A DNA stretch of 64,000 nt from Octopus sinensis (taxonomy: Eukaryota): the NCBI RefSeq assembly GCF_006345805.1, contig NC_043012.1, positions 5,394,001-5,458,000 on the forward strand, read 5' to 3'. Positions 22,871 through 37,314 of this stretch are shown here, piece after piece. The notes beneath the pieces were generated by a model. That model ran no database searches and was not told the origin of the DNA. It saw only the letters and a program-made list of their open reading frames with translations. The position numbers and the translations under genes are program-made. Positions within the stretch are counted from its first letter, which is position 1; the number at the start of each line of letters is the position of its first letter.

Positions 22871-24094
22871 CGAAAGAAGGTTTGAAAATGCAATTTAAAA
22901 GATGTTTATTTACTTTACCGGTTTCACTCTTTGGAAAAAGATTGTCAAAAGTAACATGTGGAAGTTTGGTTGCGTTAATTATTGGTTGTTGCAAATTGCT
23001 ACATTACATATAGATATACAGTCTTTGGTAACAGGGACATGTTAAGGACATAAAAAAGTTCAACAAGTTCCTTAAAATATTGGGCACAAAAGATTACATA
23101 AATAATCGTTCTCAAGGACATACTTAAGATAGTTTCCAGAAGGAATTGATATTGGTACTGTATCTGTATATTCAAACATGCACAGAATATTGGTTGATAC
23201 AGAGTACTATAATCCATATAAATATATAGTCTTTGGTGACAACAGTATGTTGAGAATATAAAAAAGTTTAACATTGAAATAATGGGCAGAAAAGATTAAA
23301 ACAAATATATTATACATCTCAGGGTAATTTCCAGGAGGAATTATTAAAAAAAGTTCAGTATACACATACAGAATATTATGAGGTCAAAAAGATTTACATT
23401 ATTATAGTGGTGAAGTTAGAACTAACCTGTCCGTTTTAGGAGAAATGTGGAATTGAAAAGAATGTATCCTTTTTTTCTTTTTTTTTTTTGGCTCTCCTTC
23501 AAGCATCAATGATTTTGCGGTCAGAATGAGGTGAGTATGTGTGTCTTTGTGTGTATGTGTGTGTGCATACATATGTGGTGTGAATAGATGTGTCTGTGTG
23601 TCTGTAATATTTGGTAGGAAGGTGTCTGTTTGTCAACCGCGTGTGTGGTTGTCATGGTGTTGTGTGTGTGTGTGTGTGCGTGCGTATGCATGTATGTGTG
23701 TGGATGGCATTTGACATGGTGCTGCGTGTGTATATGTGTGTCTGTATGGAGGTGAGATTGGTGTGAGTGTGTGCGTCCCTGTGTGTGTGCATATACATGT
23801 ATACATGTGTCTCTGTGTGTGGGGGCTGTTTTTGATTGGTTCCAGGATGGTGTAAATAGATGTGTGTTGTTTAAAGAATTTTGGGGGGTAGGATGGTGTG
23901 TGTATATGTGTGCCCGCCCGTGTGCGCGTGTGCGTGCGTATGTGTGTGGTTAATGTCCATTAATGTGCTGCGCGTGCGCCAGTGTGCATGTGTCTGTTCG
24001 CATGCGTGTCCATGTCTGTTGGGTGTACCTGTGCCCTGCGTGTGCTGGCACTGAGTATGTGCCCGTGTGTGTGCGTGCACACGGCGTGGGTGCA

Positions 24095-24600
24095 CTCTTT
24101 CCTCTGATGGCCTGCTCGCTTAGCCAGCGGGGTGGCGTCATTTAAAGGCTAAAACAATGCGAAGGGCATTGTGACCGGCGATGTGTAGTAACATCTGATA
24201 ACCTGGTCGGTCACAGTGATCACGGTGATATATACATACATATATGTACATGCTTACATCTATATGTATATATACACGCATATATGGGTACAGTTTTCTA
24301 CTATAGCCTCGGGTCGACCAAAGCCTTGTGAGAGGATTTGGTAGACGGAAACTGAAAGAAGCCTGTTTTATATATGTGTATGTATGTATATATATGTGTG
24401 TGTTTGTGTGCCTGTGTTTGTCCCCGCCCCCCCCCCCCGCCAGCATCGCTTGGCAACAAATGCTGGGGTGTGTGTGTACGTCCCCCGTAACTTGGTGGGT
24501 CGGCAAAAAGAGACCGATAGAATAAGTACTAGGCTTACAAAGAATAAGTCCTGGGGTAATTTCCTCGACTAAACGTGGTGCTCCAGCATGGCCGCAGTCA
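24095..24600 (+). mobile_element. 3' tail fragment of the family B (tail type 2) SINE followed by a 5'-truncated family D SINE
   Basis: 24095-24230 is the reverse complement of 25788-25915; 24290-24600 matches family D. Confidence 0.82.
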
Positions 24601-24677
24601 AAAGAGTAATCACAATATATATTTTGATAAGTTGCTAATAGTTACATATGATAGGAATTATTTGTAGCTTAATGCAG

Positions 24678-25730
<1,053 letters not shown>

Positions 25731-25787
25731 TTTGTGTGTGTACGTGTGTGTGTGTGTGTGTTGTGTGTGTGTGTGTGTGTGTGTGTA

Positions 25788-26090
25788 TCACCGTCACCGT
25801 GACCGACCAGGCTATCAGATGTTGCTACACATCGCTGGTCACAATGCGCTTCGCATTGTTTTAGCCTTCAAATGACGCCATCCCGTTGGCTAAGCGAGCA
25901 GGGCAACAGAAGAAAGAGCGAGAGAAAGTTGTGGCGAAAGAGTACAGCAGGGATCGCCACCATCCCCTGCCGGAGCCTCGTGGAGCTTTAGGTGTTTTCG
26001 GTCAATAAATACTCACAACGCCCGGTCTGAGAATCGAAACAGCGATCTACAACTGCGAGTCCGCTGCCCTAACCACGGGCCATTGCACCT
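25788..26090 (-). mobile_element. tRNA-headed SINE, family B with tail type 2
   Basis: Head and centre match 9230-9418 and 50420-50605, but the 3' portion is different. Confidence 0.85.
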
Positions 26091-26106
26091 CAACACACAC
26101 ACACAC

Positions 26107-26144
<38 letters not shown>

Positions 26145-26199
26145 AAAACACACACCACACACCACACACACACCACATATTATATATATATATTATATA

Positions 26200-26537
26200 G
26201 GAAGGCGCGTGGCTCAGTGGTTAGAGCGTCGAGCTTACAATCGTGGGTTGTGAGCTCGAATCCGGACCGGGCTGCGTGTTGTATTCTTGAGCAAGACACT
26301 TTATTTCACGTGTGCTCCAGTTCACTCAGCTGTAGAAATGAGTTGCGACGTCACAGGTGCCAAGCGTGTATCGGCCCCTTTGCCTTCCCTTGGATAACAC
26401 TGGTGGCGTGGAGAGGGGAGGCTGGTATGCATGGGCGACTGCTGGTCTTCCATACACCAACCTTGCCCAGACTTGTGCCTCAGAGGGTGGCTCTCTGAGT
26501 GCAAACCCATGGTCTGTGTCTGACGGAGGGGGGTCAC
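26200..26537 (+). mobile_element. tRNA-headed SINE of a further family (copy at 62940-63265)
   Basis: GGCGCGTGGCTCAGTGGTTAGAGCG...GAGCTCGAATCC head; body shared with 62940-63265. Confidence 0.88.
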
Positions 26538-26566
26538 CATATATATATATATATATTATATTATAT

Positions 26567-26608
<42 letters not shown>

Positions 26609-26664
26609 CTATATACATATGTATAGTGATATATATATACCAACATGCATATGTATGTAAAGAT

Positions 26665-26870
26665 ATTTATTTCTTTATTGCTCACAGGGAGCTAAACATA
26701 GAGGGGACAATCAAGGACAGAAAAAACGGATTAAATCGATTACATCAACTCCAGTGTGTAACTGGTACTTATTTAATCGACCCCAAAATGATGAAAGGCG
26801 AATTCGATGGAATTTGAACTCAGAACATAAAGACAGTCAAAATACCACTAAGCATTTCGCTCGGTGTTCT
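26665..26870 (-). mobile_element. Family C SINE with a clear 3' tail
   Basis: Reverse complement tail TTGATTGTCCCCTCTATGTTTAGCTCCCTGTGAGCAATAAAGAAA. Confidence 0.88.
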
Positions 26871-27138
26871 GACTGTAGCGTAACTGATATCCTCACTGTT
26901 TGAGAGACATACTAGAAATGATCTCGTGCTAGATGACAACCATCTTTGGCTAGTTTGACACTGTTGTGTCCACTGTTCTGATTGGTTGGCATTTGGCGTA
27001 GTTTGTCTTTCGACTTATTTCGCGCCAGACTGTAAGCCAACCAATCACGGCCTTCGGATAAAGTATGCTTCATTTGAGCCACCTTAACTCTATAAAAAGG
27101 CGGAATCGACAGACTATTATTCGTCTTCGGCTCTAGAC

Positions 27139-29772
27139 GTGAACTCGAAATGTCAAGACGTTACGTCTTTTGTGTGAAAAAATGGGAAAAAGTGGGAAAA
27201 AGTTGTAAAAAATGTCGTAACGAGAACGAATCGCGCGAGGCGCTTGCTGCTGCTTGCCGTTCTTTTTTCTCATTTTAGGGGAAAGAAAAGATGTCGTCCC
27301 TCCTATAGATACCTATGCGAGGGTTGCTGCAACAAGAAGTATCGTATCAATGGGTTTTAAAAACAATGTTACAGTTGATAAAGAAGAAATACAGAGATGT
27401 GAGCAGTATATGAGAAGGAAAGGAGAATGCATCAAGCTGATACCTCCAGCAGAAACAACAGAGGATAAGAACCTTAAAACGATTATACAGGGTGTCCATA
27501 AAGTTTCTTTACAATTTAAAAAAATTATTACAAAGGCAGTTGATGAGATATTTTAACCAGATTTGTTTTATTTTAATAATTGTTTATTAAAGTTTTTATT
27601 GATATTAAATTTTTGTGTTTCAGATACTCTGTTGATGGAAGGAAACTGATTCACTGAACCCCTATAAAATGGCTACTCCTCATGAAAAGGCACAATGTGT
27701 GTCCTGGTTTATTCAGACAAAATCGGATGTTCAGACTCAACGAAACTACAGAACTAAGTATGGAAGAGATCCACCATTTCATCCTTCAATTTGTGTATGT
27801 GTGGTGTGGAATCATGTGCAATCGAATAATTGGTCTACTTTTCTTCAACGAGGCAACAATAACTGCAGATGTTTACCTCGACTTTCTGACTGAATATGTG
27901 GCACCACAACTGACTCACTTACAACCAACCATCATTTTCCAGCAAGATGGTGCACCACCACATTGGGGACGGCATGTTCGTCAGTTCCTAAATCAAACAT
28001 TTCCAGACCGATGGATTGGAAGGGCTAGGCCAATTCCATGGCCACCGCATTCGCCAGATATCACTTCCTTGGACTTATTTTTAAGGGGTTATGTAAAAGA
28101 TATCGTGTATCAAACAAAGATACGGGTTATCGCTGACTTGAAGCAAAGGATTCGTAATGCCATTGCCACTGTTGATGAGGCTATCCTACAGTGAACATGG
28201 CAAGAAATCGAGTACTATCTTGATGTGCTTCATGCAACTAATGGTGCCCATATTGAGGTCTATTAAATAACAGTTAAAAAAAAACTTTAATAAACAATTA
28301 TTACAATAAAACAAATTTGGTTAAGATATCTTGTCAACTGCCTTTTTAATAAAATTTTAAAATTGTAAAGAGACTTTATGGACACCCTGTATATAAAACT
28401 CAAGATATGAACACAAAGAAAATAGTATGAATATCAGAAGAAGAAATAGAAAAGTGTCTCGGAGACATAATGATAAGAGCAACATACGTCAACAGAGGGA
28501 AGAAGTTCGGTACGGTGGAGGTAAGGTTTGCTACAAGTGAAGAGGTGGCCTCGCTATCCACTCCTATCTTAAGAACAGAAAGGTTTACAATGTTACCCAC
28601 TTATGGAGGAAGAAGAAGTATCAAGGTTAAGATTCCGAGTATACCACCGGAAATAAAAACAGAAGAGCTGGTGGAAGCGATTCTAGGGTTTACAAAAGAC
28701 GAACCAGAACTAGGTCCAGTTACTGAAACAATTACGTTAAACTTGCAGGGATTCAGAGTCGAAATTGGCTTACAGCCACAACAGAAGACGTAGAGAGAAT
28801 CCTCTTTCCAGATAAAATGAAAATTGAAATATTATTGTGATGAATGCCGAGATAAACATTATTGTCGAGAAGAAAGAAGAAGACCAATGTGTTATCTGTG
28901 CGGAACAAGAGGACATATAAGGACTGAGGGTCCATTATATGAATTTACACAAAGTAAAGAGACAACAGAAAAGGAACAAAAAGAGAAAAAGAAACAATAG
29001 CGACAAGACAAAGTTCAGAGAAAAAAACAAGAAGGACAACAAGAAGAGAGAAATAGAAAAACCAAAGGAAGAGAGCAAAGGAGCAGCTACCAGTCCCAAA
29101 AGTAGAAAAAGATCGAAGACGAGGGAAGACTCAGCGGAAAACAAAGGTAATAATACGTTTAAATTTTATGGAGCATTTGTAATATACAAAAGATCCTATG
29201 AAAAAGAGAAAAAAAGATCGAGAATGAAGGGAGTAACAAGAGTAAGGATGAGAACCAAGTATAACGAAGACGAGATTGGTGTTTTAGTCCCTGCGGACAG
29301 TTACGCCAATTTCATCGAGGTCGCCAGAAAGAAAATACAAGGAGATAAGAGGTGTCGGTTGATGGATCATCCACCTCCCGTAATGGATTATGAGGAGCTG
29401 AAAAGAAAAATAGAATATCTCTGAAATTATGAAAAAGTGCCGAAAAGCTCTATGTTGGCGAAATTTTTTTTTTTTTTTATTTCTGTGAAATTTATTATTT
29501 TTTTTTGTAAATTTTGTGAACTTCAGTTGTAATTTTGTGAAATTGATATGTAATTTTGTAAAATTCAGTTGTAATCTTTGAGAAAACCAATTATGGGAAA
29601 AGACTGACGAAATGTAACCACTCGAGTGGGAATTGCGCCTCATTATAATATCTTATCATAATTCATTCTTTTTTTAATTTCTTCGTCTTTATTCATCCTC
29701 TTTTGTTATTTTAAGTTCCCCGATTGTACCGTCCCCATCTATGTATAGTCCTTTATGGATAATAAAGAAACA
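27139..29772 (+). mobile_element. ORF1-only (HAL1-like) non-autonomous relative of the Tx1-like LINE, degenerate
   Basis: ORF1 homology (YVNRGKKFGTVEVRF vs YINRGRKFGTVEMRF; CYLCGTRGHIRTE knuckle), no ORF2, shared 3' tail, 18-bp TSD TCGTCTTCGGCTCTAGAC (27121-27138) / TCGTCTTTGTCTCTAGAC (29773-29790). Confidence 0.82.
27488..28389 (+). mobile_element. Internally deleted Tc1/mariner, DD41D (rosa-like) type
   Basis: ~85-bp TIRs CAGGGTGTCCATAAAGT... / ...ACTTTATGGACACCCTG, TA TSD (27486-87, 28390-91); QQDGAPPH...WPPHSPDITSLD with 41 residues between the Asp residues; N-terminal part joined directly to the catalytic part. Confidence 0.92.
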
Positions 29773-31539
29773 TCGTCTTTGTCTCTAGACCTTCAAAGGT
29801 CTAATCACTGACCACAGAGCTACTCAGCCATGTTCCAGTTCTAGCGACAGACGACCAGCCAGCCAACCATGCTCCTGCACCAGCCATGACGACGCTAACT
29901 TACACCAGCGACAGACAGGACGCTCTCTATCTCTGTCGCCTTCATCTCGACGTCGTCACCCTCTGCCACGGCCGTCAACAACGTCGTCCTTCAACTACGT
30001 CGTCTCCATCTCCGTCGACTTAAGCAATACGTACACAGCACTCGCCCAGGCCTAACCCCACGCTGTTGTGAAATTTCACGAGAGGAGGAAACAGCTCCAG
30101 TCTACCTGTAAAGAGTTCCTGTATCAAGAGACTACTCGGCACGGCATTGAAACCACAACCGCTACACGACATATGTTCAACCGGCATTCTGCCTTGTGAC
30201 CCCAACATCCTGTTACAGAACTGTTACTAATCTGTACCTCACTTACGATCTGGTGAACTAATTCCATCTTAACTCAATATGCTGATCTTATGCTCTGTAT
30301 TCTGTTTTATATGCATACACCTTCTGTCGCACACACGAACACACAGACAGACACAAACACCTATGCGCACGCATTCAGACACTGCACTTGCTAGCACCTA
30401 TACTTTATCTTTGTACACTTGTAAATAAAGTCTTGCTCTCTCTCAAACAGTAGAACGGTTGTCATCCTCATTCCTTTGGCACTGTATTTGTAATTACATC
30501 AGTATTTGGCTTCTTATTTTGTTAGGTGCGACCGTGCGGCGTTAGAAACGAGACATTTGTCACCAACTCCTTACGTACGGTCGTATTTCCTACATAACGT
30601 TTCTGCCAGCTTGCCGCCTTATGAATGAAATTTATTAACATCATACGAATTGCTATAACCTTCGATTGATTATTGGAGTTATGTTGTTGAAATTGTGTCT
30701 CGAAGTACACATACGGCTAAATTAATTATCTCATGTTTTTTCGGAATTTTATTAATTCTTATATTTTAACAAGATACAATTCTCGCTGGGAAGATTAAAT
30801 TCTGAAAATGGACAGAGAAATTCGACGAATTTCTTTGGTGCAATGGTGGTACACATGTCATGTTTACATGGTATGTCGGTCTGACTTTCTCGGGCGGTCT
30901 TTCGGTTTTCTGTATTGGAGAGGGATTTTTCAACCCAATGCTTGATTAGTAACATTTTTGCATTGGATGTACTTCGAGAATCATTCGAAAAAGGAACAAG
31001 CTCGCCCGCGCACACTTTCTTTACGTTTCTCTTCTCACGCACACATATTTTCAGGATTCGATTGAATTAAGATATTTAAATAGCATAGGTGCCAAGGTAG
31101 AGTCGGGGGGGGGTAGCGCATCTGTGTACGGACAACACGTAACAATGTGCACGGACATACACGTACTTACTAAGGTAAATGCAGATATGTCCCCCCAGGT
31201 ATGCACACACTCACAAGTACCGACCGAATACACAAATATGTACGCTAAGCTAGACAGTGTACATGCATTCCACAGTCGACTTTAGGCTCAAGATCTAACG
31301 CAGGGATGGTTCGAGTGGTGGTGTGAAAAGAAAAAAAACACAAGTGTTTGAGGGTCACTGCAGCTGTTTCAGATGTGTTCTTTATTGATGAAGAACATTA
31401 TTACATCATGTAAAAAAACCGTTTTCTTCAGTTGAGTTGAGAATAAAATTTGACCCACAGGATTTTTTGAATAAATAGAACATAATGCAAGTTGAACGTC
31501 TCATCTTGGGTACAGCCGAGAGAAGTGAATCGACGATGA

Positions 31540-31830
31540 CCAAGGAAGAAAGGAAGAAGACGGGTCACTTGAGAGAGAGAAGAATATTGGTTAAGGTTCA
31601 TCAGCTGTGAGCGGGAGGGGAGGTTTTTGCCACAGGTCGGACAATGGGGTTGCTGAGAATGAAGGTAAGAAGTTGGCTCTGGACATTCGCAGCTCATATT
31701 TCTTTGTGCTCTTGCTATCCTATTCTGTTGTTCGGGGGTGGCACTTCTGTTATTGCAGCTTCCTCAGTCAAAGCGGTCCTGTGCTTGCATTTCCCAGGTG
31801 TTGGTTTAAATGCACTTCCATGAGGTTTTG
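31540..31830 (-). pseudogene. RTE-clade LINE 3' fragment
   Basis: TWEMQAQDR...EQQNRIARAQR...CPTCGKNLPSRSQL resembles the RTE C-terminal zinc-finger region. Confidence 0.6.
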
Positions 31831-32119
31831 ACACTAGCACAAACAACACCAACACCACAATAACAGATGCACCAGCGATGCTCAATGCCTTCAACACGAA
31901 AACTACAGAGTTGATGGAATACATCAACACGAAAACAAACTTAACAGAGGAAGACATAAAAACAAGCAACCACTCATACACAACAGCACCAGAACACATT
32001 TAAATATTACACATCACACCATTCCTGCATCATACGCTAAAATCCCTCTACCCTGATGCGGTAGGGAGATGTCAAAAATACTTGTCCCAAAAACTCTATT
32101 GCAACCTCCTGATAAAAAT

Positions 32120-32218
<99 letters not shown>

Positions 32219-32220
32219 TA

Positions 32221-32395
32221 TTATATTAAATTAGAGACAAAACCAATTAGGCAAATCAAACAATGAAAAACTTAAGCCAATACATATGATACATATGTAA
32301 TTTATATTATTTAAATAATAATTAATCATATGTATTGGCTTAAGTTTTTCATTGTTTTTGATTGGCTAATAGTGGTTTTGTCTCTATTTAATATA
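32221..32395. repeat. ~70-bp inverted repeat pair directly upstream of the Penelope ORF
   Basis: 32221-32290 vs 32325-32395, AT-rich spacer. Confidence 0.88.
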
Positions 32396-32482
32396 ATTAA
32401 TATTTTACTATAAAATGGATTCAATCTAAATCTGATTTTTCCCGTAGTAAGTTGGATTTATTCCCTAATATTTATTAATATA

Positions 32483-32537
<55 letters not shown>

Positions 32538-32570
32538 TATATATATGATTAAAAGTCGGATTATCCATAT

Positions 32571-35500
32571 TTGGTCCCAAAATCTCAACACTGGGAAATT
32601 CTCATTTTGAACATGATAAAAAATAGCAATAAAGCAGAAATTTATGAAAAATGGATTAACTCAACACATTTAATCCTACCACGCAAACTGCAGATTAAAC
32701 CAATCCCAGAAAAACCCGAACAGCAAAAGAAACTTAGGGAGAAATTAGCATTAGAAAAAAAATGAAAGTAGAGATTGAGTTATTCAAACTCAGAGCATCG
32801 AATAACAAACAAAAATACAAAAAGATCGATGAGGAAATGCACACCGAACCCACTAAACATGCTGATGGACAACTTTTGGAAAACGTTATAAAACTATGGA
32901 AAGACAGCTGTGAGACGGAAGAAATAAATTCCCTGCAACGATGGGAAAACAATGTTAACTTCTTCCTTAATTATGAAGCTCAATTTCAAAGAGACTACAC
33001 TTCAGATAACCCCTTCCTAAAAAAATCCAGAACAAATGCATCTACAAAAATAAATACACATCCACCTAGATCAAACAATCAAAATCCAAAAGAACACAAA
33101 CACAGAAAACTGACCCAACGCCTAGAAGTAAACCATTCTCTATCTAATAAAAGGAACTACTAATCAATTAGAAACACTAGAAGAAACCAACCTAGAGTAA
33201 GGAGTAATAATTTTATCTACCCAGCATCTAGAAATATCCAAGAGACTCCCTTTACCTCTCAACGAAGAACAACATTATTAAGCACCCCAACAATTCATTC
33301 CAACGAAGAAACCCTAACCACGTGCTCCCAACCAGTTTACCCAGGCAGCAACACCAACCCCCTAGCAATCCGAATATAATAAGTGCTAATAATACGGATT
33401 TAATTAATAACAATAATAACACCCTTTACCCCTCCCGACCAAATTACAATAAACATTTTTTATTCCAAGCGGAGAGAAACAGGGACACACGCACAGGAGA
33501 AACCCAAAGTGATTAACTTATCAAAGAAAACTCTCTCTATAACAAAAATCAATATACTAGCCAAAGGTTTAAAGTTCACTCCAACCCCACGAAGAGCTAA
33601 CCATAATGAAATTAAAGACAATATTTCGGAATTCTGCAGAAAACTACGACTCGCAGAAGCACTAACTGACTACAACAACGAAGATGAATCACGAGTCAAA
33701 AACAGAAGTAATTACCTTCCACATAAGGGTAGGAATAAAACACTGGATGACTTCTGCAACCATATCCAAAATTTCCCCTACACATCTAATAAACGAAAAA
33801 TTAATCCGAACCTCAACAATCTAGAATGGAAAAATCTGACTGCACTACAAAACGACAAAGACCTGACAATTAAAGAAGCAGACAAAGGAAGTAATGTAGT
33901 TCTGATGGACACAGAACACTATAAAAAAAACTAGTACTATCCATACTAGAAAACGAGGCCTTCTACGAAAAAGTTATAAACTATAAACAACAAAAAACAA
34001 TGAAAAATCTTGCATCCTTAATTCTTCTACATGGAAAAGGCCTGACAGAAAAAGAAACAGACTACATCACGAACTTCAAATGTAAACCCTGTCTTTTTTA
34101 CGGCCTTCCTAAAATACACAAGAGCAAGATAATCAATGAAGCCTGCAAACAATCACCAGGCAAATATATAAATATCCAAATGCCAAAAGACTTAACTTTA
34201 AGACCCGTTGTAGCTGGGCCAGCCTGTGAAACCTACCGCCTAAGCAATTTTCTAGACATCCTACTGAAACCCTTGCTGAAATACATCAAAAGTTTCATTA
34301 GAGATGATTTAGACATGCTAGAACACTACCAAAAACAATTAATGAAGAAGCAATATTGGTTACCTTCGCTGTTATCAATCTTTACACCAACATCCCCCAT
34401 GACTATGAAATAAAAGCAATTAAATTCTGGTTGGAAAAGTACCCCGAAGTTCTCCCGGAACGCATAAACCAGATCTTTATTATTGAATCCTTAAAATTTG
34501 TACTTCAGAACAATTATTTCCTATTTGATGACACATACTATCGTCAGGAATGCGGAATTGCGATGGGAACGAAAGCAGCACCTGTTCTTGCGAACCTAAT
34601 AATGGGTTATTTCGAATTCACCTTATATGAAGTATCATTTCAGAAATATGGTTACCCATTTTACTTCTACATAAGAGAAATTGGAAGAGATACCTAGATG
34701 ACTGCTTTATCATTTGGAAGGAGAACATCGACAAACTTTTGGACTTCAAATCAACACTAAATGATATAAATAGTAACATTCAATTCACAATAGAATATAA
34801 CAAAGAACAAGTCCCATTTTTAGACATCATGATAAAAAAAAAGTTAGCAATAAAACTGACATTTATTATAAACCAACTGATTCAAAACAATATCTTCTCT
34901 TTAACTCATGCCACCCGAAACACATCAAAATAAACATCCCTTTCAATTTGGCAAAAAGGATTTGCACAATAGTGTCTGATAGAACAACTCGGGACATTCG
35001 TTTTCAAGACCTCAAAACAACGCCTATTGAAAGACAATATCCACCCTCACTTATCGACGAGGGAATTAAACGTGCCAAACAATTAGACACAAAAACACTA
35101 AGAACAACAAAACATAACACCACACCTCCACTCAAAACATTACTATTTATATCAACACACAACCCCAGAAACAGTGAGGCATTCAACACTATTGTGCAAA
35201 CTCTTCCATTACTAACTAGACATCCAAAATTGAACGAGATCCTGAAAACACACAAACTCATCAAATGCAAAAAACAAGACAAATCGCTAAAGAGACTACT
35301 AACAAATGCGAAGCTTTACAAAACAACCACGAAACCAACGGTTTAAAAATGTGGACGCCCAAACTGTGGAACCTGCCCCAACCTGCTTGAAGGCTCTGAT
35401 TTCGTTTTCAAACAAGGACAGAGGTTCACAATTAAAACTAGTTTCACTTGTGCCTCTGAGAATCTAATTTATGTAATAACCTGCTCGAGTTGCGGACACA

Positions 35501-36185
35501 ACTATATTGGACAAACGAGTATGACGTGAGAAAGAGAACCACTCTACATAACGAGAAAATCCGTTTCCCGCAATACAGGAAAATTCCTCTCAGTGAACAT
35601 ATAGAAAAATGTGCAGATAACACCAAACCGAATTTCACAGTCTTCCCATTCTACCAGTGCAAAGACACAATCTCTCCACTAGAACGTTTAAATAAAGAAA
35701 CGTTTTTCATTTAAAAATACAGAACACGTCTTAATATGCACGCATAACCAACTTTTATCTTTACATATTTCAATTCACGATTACATCACTGTACATAAAT
35801 CCCCTCACTAAACAAGGCTTTCGAAACTTGTCTTTGTAAATATATATTCCCCTCCCATTACCGAAAGCTGAACAGTTATCTTCCTTACCCACAACAATAA
35901 CAATAATAACGATAACCAATTGCCTCCCTTTTATTTATCTACTTGTGAAGTCATTCACTCGTGAATTTCATCACACACAACATGGACAAAATTTCTTCTT
36001 AATCAAAAATACATATTAAAATAAGTAAAGCATAATATCATGAATAGCGATAGCGAAACCGGTCGATATATTAAAAATTATATTAAAACTATGTAAGTGT
36101 GCGTATTTTCCTTTTTTATTTTCTTATATACATTACAACTCATCATGTGGGGATAATTCGAAATTCCTCTTTTCTATTGCTACTA
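32571..36185 (+). mobile_element. Degenerate Penelope-like element (RT + GIY-YIG), many frameshifts
   Basis: KGLKFTPTP, IKEADKG, FYGLPKIHK, LRPVVAG, LYTNIPH, GIAMGTKAAP, RYLDD (34688-34702), PFLD; NLIYVITCSSCGHNYIGQTS (35461-35520). Confidence 0.93.
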
Positions 36186-36399
36186 TATATATATATACAC
36201 ACACACATGTTCTTTTATTATTTTACATATTTCAGTCATTTGACTGCGGCTATGCAGGAGCCTTGAAGGGTTTTAGTCGAACAAATTGACTCCAGAGCTT
36301 ATTTTTAAAATTAGTACTTATTCTCTTTTGACGAACTGCTATGTTACGGGAACGTAAACACACTAGTTGTGTCACGTCTTTATGGCTGAAAGTTGGTCT

Positions 36400-37130
36400 G
36401 GGATTGTGTTTGTGGCAGCTGATTTCTCCTGAGTGCATTCCTGAATGGCTGACCGGTAGAGCATTATCATTAGGAGTTAATCCAATGTCTTCTTTCAATA
36501 TTTCAACAGAGATTTCTTATATATTTATGATTACTTTAGATTGGCAGTTGAACAGCTGAAGGCCTCTAAATATCAAACTGATACAACAGAGTGCTTTTAC
36601 TTGTGGTTACCATGGTAGTATATTTGGAAGCTGACAAAATCTAACAGTATATGCATTAAAATTCTCTCAAACGCCGAAGTTTGGAACATGCGCCTCCAAG
36701 ATGTTCCACACGTATGTGATAGTATATTTCTCTCTTCGGCATTCAGTAGAGTAGAGACACAACGCTTTCAAACGTTACCAGTAATTAAGGCTTTTAACGT
36801 TCTTTGTAACCCCTCAGTTTCTTCTGTGAGACCTGATGAGATAGGAGACCAAAGCTGCGAGCAGTAATCTAATTTGCTCAGAACTAGGGTTTTCCATAGA
36901 GATAACTTAACTATCGGTTCTTTTGTCACAAAGGCTTGTAGGATCTATCCTATGAAATGTTTGCATTTTAGAGGTCAATTTGGTGATGTGCCTCATGAAA
37001 GATGTCTCATTTGATATGATTACATGTCAAATGCCATTAGCATGCTGATTTACCGTGTGAAATAATCTGGTGTCAAATAATGTGATTTGTATGTATACCC
37101 TCTGTATTGCAGAATCTGAAATTTTGATAA
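36400..37130 (-). pseudogene. CR1/L2-group LINE ORF2 3' fragment
   Basis: LWKTLVLSKLDYCSQLWSP and LKALCLYSTECRREKY...YVWNILEAHVPNFG. Confidence 0.78.
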
Positions 37131-37314
37131 ATGAGGTTTGGCTAATTCTAGAATGTGATGGTGGGGAAGGGGAAGAGGACGAGGAGGAGATAACACTTCT
37201 CTAAATGACATTGTAGGAGTGGTAATGATATTAACAGCAGAATGATATTAGCAGCAGAACATGATGGCATTGATGAAAGTGGGTCAGTTGTGGTACTTAG
37301 AAGAAATGAAGAAG

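Larger units (their letters stand above)
26874..30498 (+). mobile_element. Probable solo LTR (~970 bp net) split by the ORF1-only retroelement
   Basis: TGTA...TACA ends, CCAAT boxes (ATTGG ~26981, CCAAT ~27041), TATAAAA ~27091, AATAAA ~30424; no convincing TSD found. Confidence 0.4.

Noticed and set aside
26200-26275. tRNA genes (also the heads at 9345-9418, 18258, 37315, 50535-50605, 62945)
   Set aside because: A/B-box heads run into shared SINE bodies and do not form complete cloverleafs
26970-27170. Histone gene promoter and start (CCAAT, TATA, ATGTCAAGACGT resembling MSGR)
   Set aside because: The frame continues as MSRRYVFCVKK with no histone fold, and the ATG lies inside the TSD-bounded retroelement
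30752-31233. Short ORFs and possible exons between the LTR-like sequence and the RTE fragment
   Set aside because: No recognisable homology or consistent splice chain
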